This document shows, one piece after another, positions 60,866-64,000 of a DNA stretch of 64,000 nucleotides. The notes below the pieces were generated by a model. The model did no database searches and had not been told where the DNA came from. It worked only from the letters and a program-made list of their open reading frames with translations. The DNA lies in the NCBI RefSeq assembly GCF_033153115.1, contig NW_026889758.1, positions 50,220,001 to 50,284,000 on the forward strand, read 5' to 3'. How positions within the stretch are numbered: the stretch's first letter is position 1; every line of letters starts with the position of its first letter. Source of the stretch: Saccostrea echinata. Taxonomy: Eukaryota. The position numbers were made by a program, and so were the translations under genes.

Positions 60866-63800
60866 ATACAGAAAGTTACATGTACGGCACGTGCATCGTT
60901 TTTCCTGAAATCAGTTTATTGATTTATCGATTTATAATTATAATTTAAATGAAATTGCTTGTGAATCAAATTTTGTTCGGTTTCAAAATAGTCGTTTCTG
61001 TGAACGGATAGGTATTACTGTAGCTGATTTATCGGTTTATTGACCAGTAAGCACTTTGTCTAATTCTGCCAGTTAATGAAGAACACGGGAACAGTGATAG
61101 CCACAGACACTAATTTAACTAAACTAACTGCTTGATAAGAGATTGATTCCAAGACACTTATTTACAAGGTCGCCAACATTCTTCATGATGTAAGATTACG
61201 CAATCTGACAGTATTACAGGTATTTCGTAAGGGTATGGGCCAGTTACACAGACACCTGAAAACTTGTAGCCTACCGCTGATTATAATTAGTTCATCTACA
61301 ATGCTGTATGTTCAAATTATTTTTTAGGCTCATATAAACAGCTAATAAAAGAGCCGTCCTTTCTGATTTGACGATACATGTACGTGAAATTTGTTGAAGA
61401 GCCGCATGATTATATTAATTTCAAAAAGAAAGGAAATAGAAATACAGTCAAATACTAGCTATGAAATTATTCTGAAAAGAATGTAATGATTTTATTTACA
61501 ACAATAACCAAAAAAAAAAAAAAAAAAAGAAAGATCATGTTGATATTTCTGTTTAGCGCATATTTGTCAGAAGCTAATTGTGCAACATATTCCTAAATGT
61601 ACACGTGTTTATTCTTTAATATCATACTGTTACCATCTCTATCTAGCATCGTTTTTCATGCTTATACTTATAACAGATACGTATACAGAAGCATTTTTTC
61701 TTCAAGAAACCAATGACTGTGATAGAATCTCGCAGAAAAATAAACGCATAGCTACATGTAACCAAGAACACAACCACACTGGCACTGGCAAATCGTGAAC
61801 ACTGTATTTAATGCATTTTAACAGAAATGATATGGCATTTTTAAAAAATCTATTTTACTGTGCACTATTTAGCAATGTCATGATCATTTATGTTGGAATT
61901 ATTGATTTTAAAAAATATATACGATATTTCAGTTGACGATATTTCATCAAATTTTACCACAAGCACTGGCATTATACGTTCTTTTTTTAAATTTGAGAAT
62001 TAATTAATTTTGAATGACTTTAAGAAAAAGATAGATAAAAAATAATTACACAAGTATTATTATACAATTTGATAATACTTAAAAATTGAATTAAAAATTC
62101 ATTTAATTAATGCAGGCCGTAACCTTTAATGGCTTACACCCCCCTTTTTTTGACGCTATTAAAAATCGACAACACTTTACAGGTAACAACATCTAAGATA
62201 AAGAATAACGGTAGCTGGCCCCGCCGCGGTGTACACACGGTCGCAGGTAGTACCGCGATCAAAACCCGCGACGGTGTAACGCGGAAAGGATTAACACACC
62301 GCCGAGGGAACGCGGTCTAATACGGGATCCGCGTTGCCTGTACTGTATATTAGAAACTTGTTGCAATGTGATGCTAGTTGTGAAGTTTTTAAGCTCTCTG
62401 TTTTTGTTTTTGATTTTTATGTGTCTTCCATACGCAATTCTTTCCCATTTCAGATGGAAGTCAGAGCATCAGATATCCGGGTGTCAGAGAGAGTTTGTAT
62501 GTCTTCAATCACCATCGATGGATACACAACAGTGTACAATGAACTCACTGATGAGGTACCTATAATATTGTATATTTTTTTTCTTTGTGCAAATATTCTT
62601 TTCAATAAAACTTTTCCTACTTAGGTCCCTTTTCTTAAAAGTTGAACAGCCATTTCCATGAACAGTACTCTTTGGTTAGATTAAAAAAAAGAAATGATTT
62701 TGTCTTCCTTTGTAGATTGATCCTGCCACTGTGAAGAGTCTAGATAAGAACTTATTCCTCAGTGATGAGATTAAGGAGGTGTACAGAGAAATCATGAAGA
62801 CTGTCCCTACAGACCATCTTAGGCTGGATGATGTAAGTTACTGTGAATCTCAAATATTCTGTTCTACTTTTTTACCTTTAAACTAAAGTTGTTTACCCTT
62901 ATGGAAATTGTCCTAGATTTTAGTTACGAAGATAAGGATTATGGATATACCTCCAGAAATTAGGCTTCCTAATTGAGTTCCAATTTTTTATTCCTCTTAC
63001 ATATCCTTGAGCAATGATAAGAATTCACACAAATGCCTCAAAGATAAATGTACTGATGGTATATACCTAAGATTGTTATTATTAAGGCTGGGATGGTACA
63101 TCTTTTACATAGTTAATGAATTTTCATTTTACATTGAAATAAAAAAAAATATTTCTTCACAAATAACACTTATCTATTCACAGATGTATATTTGTTGTAA
63201 AACAAAAATATTTGTTGTGAAACAAAAATAATTTAACAAAAGTGGTGTTAATTATTACACATTTCATATTCATATGTAAAAATAATTATATTTTAAACCC
63301 AAAACATAAGTACAACAAAAAAAGTCTGAAGATTTCTTTTTTGTATCGATATTTCAACACAAGTAATTATACCAGATATTTCGATATATTGTCCCAACTT
63401 ATTATTTACGTACATGTATGATACATGTTAGCAAGACAGAAGATAAAATATTAATCAAAAATCATTTACAGGTACCCGGTATATATCTAGAAGTTTAATA
63501 TATCACATGTACATAGCAAAATTAAGCAGGATATTGTCAAATTTAGAATCCTGACAAAAAGCTCAAATTAAAAAAAAGAGAACATTTACATTACTAAAAA
63601 CTACTGAAAGGGTAAATACTTCTAATGTACTACATGTATATACTTTAGGAAAGATACTGTGTGAATCAAGTATGTAAATGATTTTCTTTTCTTAGGATGA
63701 AATGGTTCAAAAAGCTGCTGATGATGTTAATTTATCAGGCACTATGGCTTCCTCCACACTGGCAAAGAGGCGAAGTCAACGAGTGATTAACCCTGCCCTG

Positions 63801-64000
63801 AATCGGGGTCAGAAGGCCCCATGGGGGGAAATGGATCCCAAACAGTGGGTCAGAACGTAAGTCAGTTATAATTATAGTTCTAGGGTTGTAAAGCAAAATG
63901 AAACTTACCAAGATGTTGGTGATATAATTGTTTCTCTATTTTAGACCCCACAACCCTCCAAAGAATTTCTTAGGAGAAGATACATTTCATCCAACTGTAA
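53648..64000 (+). CDS. CCDC87: Coiled-coil domain-containing protein 87-like, first 20 coding exons; continues beyond window
   Basis: Phase-consistent GT-AG exons: 53648-53836, 54185-54257, 54492-54544, 54762-54875, 55520-55591, 55716-55812, 55978-56059, 56295-56448, 56548-56619, 56804-56894, 57091-57142, 57449-57491, 58035-58175, 58429-58578, 58833-58933, 59199-59259, 62454-62555, 62716-62832, 63696-63856, 63945->64000. The segments [11 protein letters not shown]...[20 protein letters not shown]...[44 protein letters not shown] and YNELTDEID...LDKNLF resemble CCDC87 from memory. The gene model is firm; the name is less so. Confidence 0.8.
59351..62345. mobile_element. 3.0-kb non-autonomous DNA transposon with perfect 27-bp TIRs and TA TSD
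   Basis: TA|CAGTACAGGCAACGCGGATCCCGTATT ... AATACGGGATCCGCGTTGCCTGTACTG|TA; CCGCG/CGCGG-rich subterminal blocks; (GA)n at 60823-60862; no transposase ORF. Confidence 0.92.

Noticed and set aside
59351-62345. Autonomous transposase within the 3-kb TIR element
   Set aside because: No long ORF, no DDE/D motif and no recognisable spliced transposase exons.

Overview
AT-rich, intron-rich animal genomic DNA, very probably a bivalve mollusc of the oyster family (inferred from the Helentron-type elements carrying ~166-bp satellite arrays and from the SINE families). I assembled six spliced protein-coding genes by hand from splice sites and reading-frame phase. (1) The 5' part of AP-3 complex beta subunit (minus strand, runs off the left edge). 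(2) A complete SCAMP gene (plus), head-to-head with AP3B as in human. (3) A complete SLC5A7/CHT1-like sodium:solute symporter (plus). (4,5) Two tandem TrmO/TRMO (YaeB/TsaA) tRNA m6t6A37 methyltransferase paralogues (minus). (6) The first 20 coding exons of a CCDC87-like gene (plus, runs off the right edge). Introns and intergenic DNA hold non-autonomous Helentron-like elements, MITEs, SINEs, LINE fragments and long palindromes. Main observations: one TrmO paralogue has a candidate first exon that reads like a mitochondrial presequence and an altered DPRxxY motif; SCAMP has two consecutive pairs of duplicated, apparently mutually exclusive exons with candidate RNA structures that could control them; the choline-transporter-like gene appears to have lost about half of the aromatic choline-binding cage. 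All coordinates were counted by hand, and no database searches were run.
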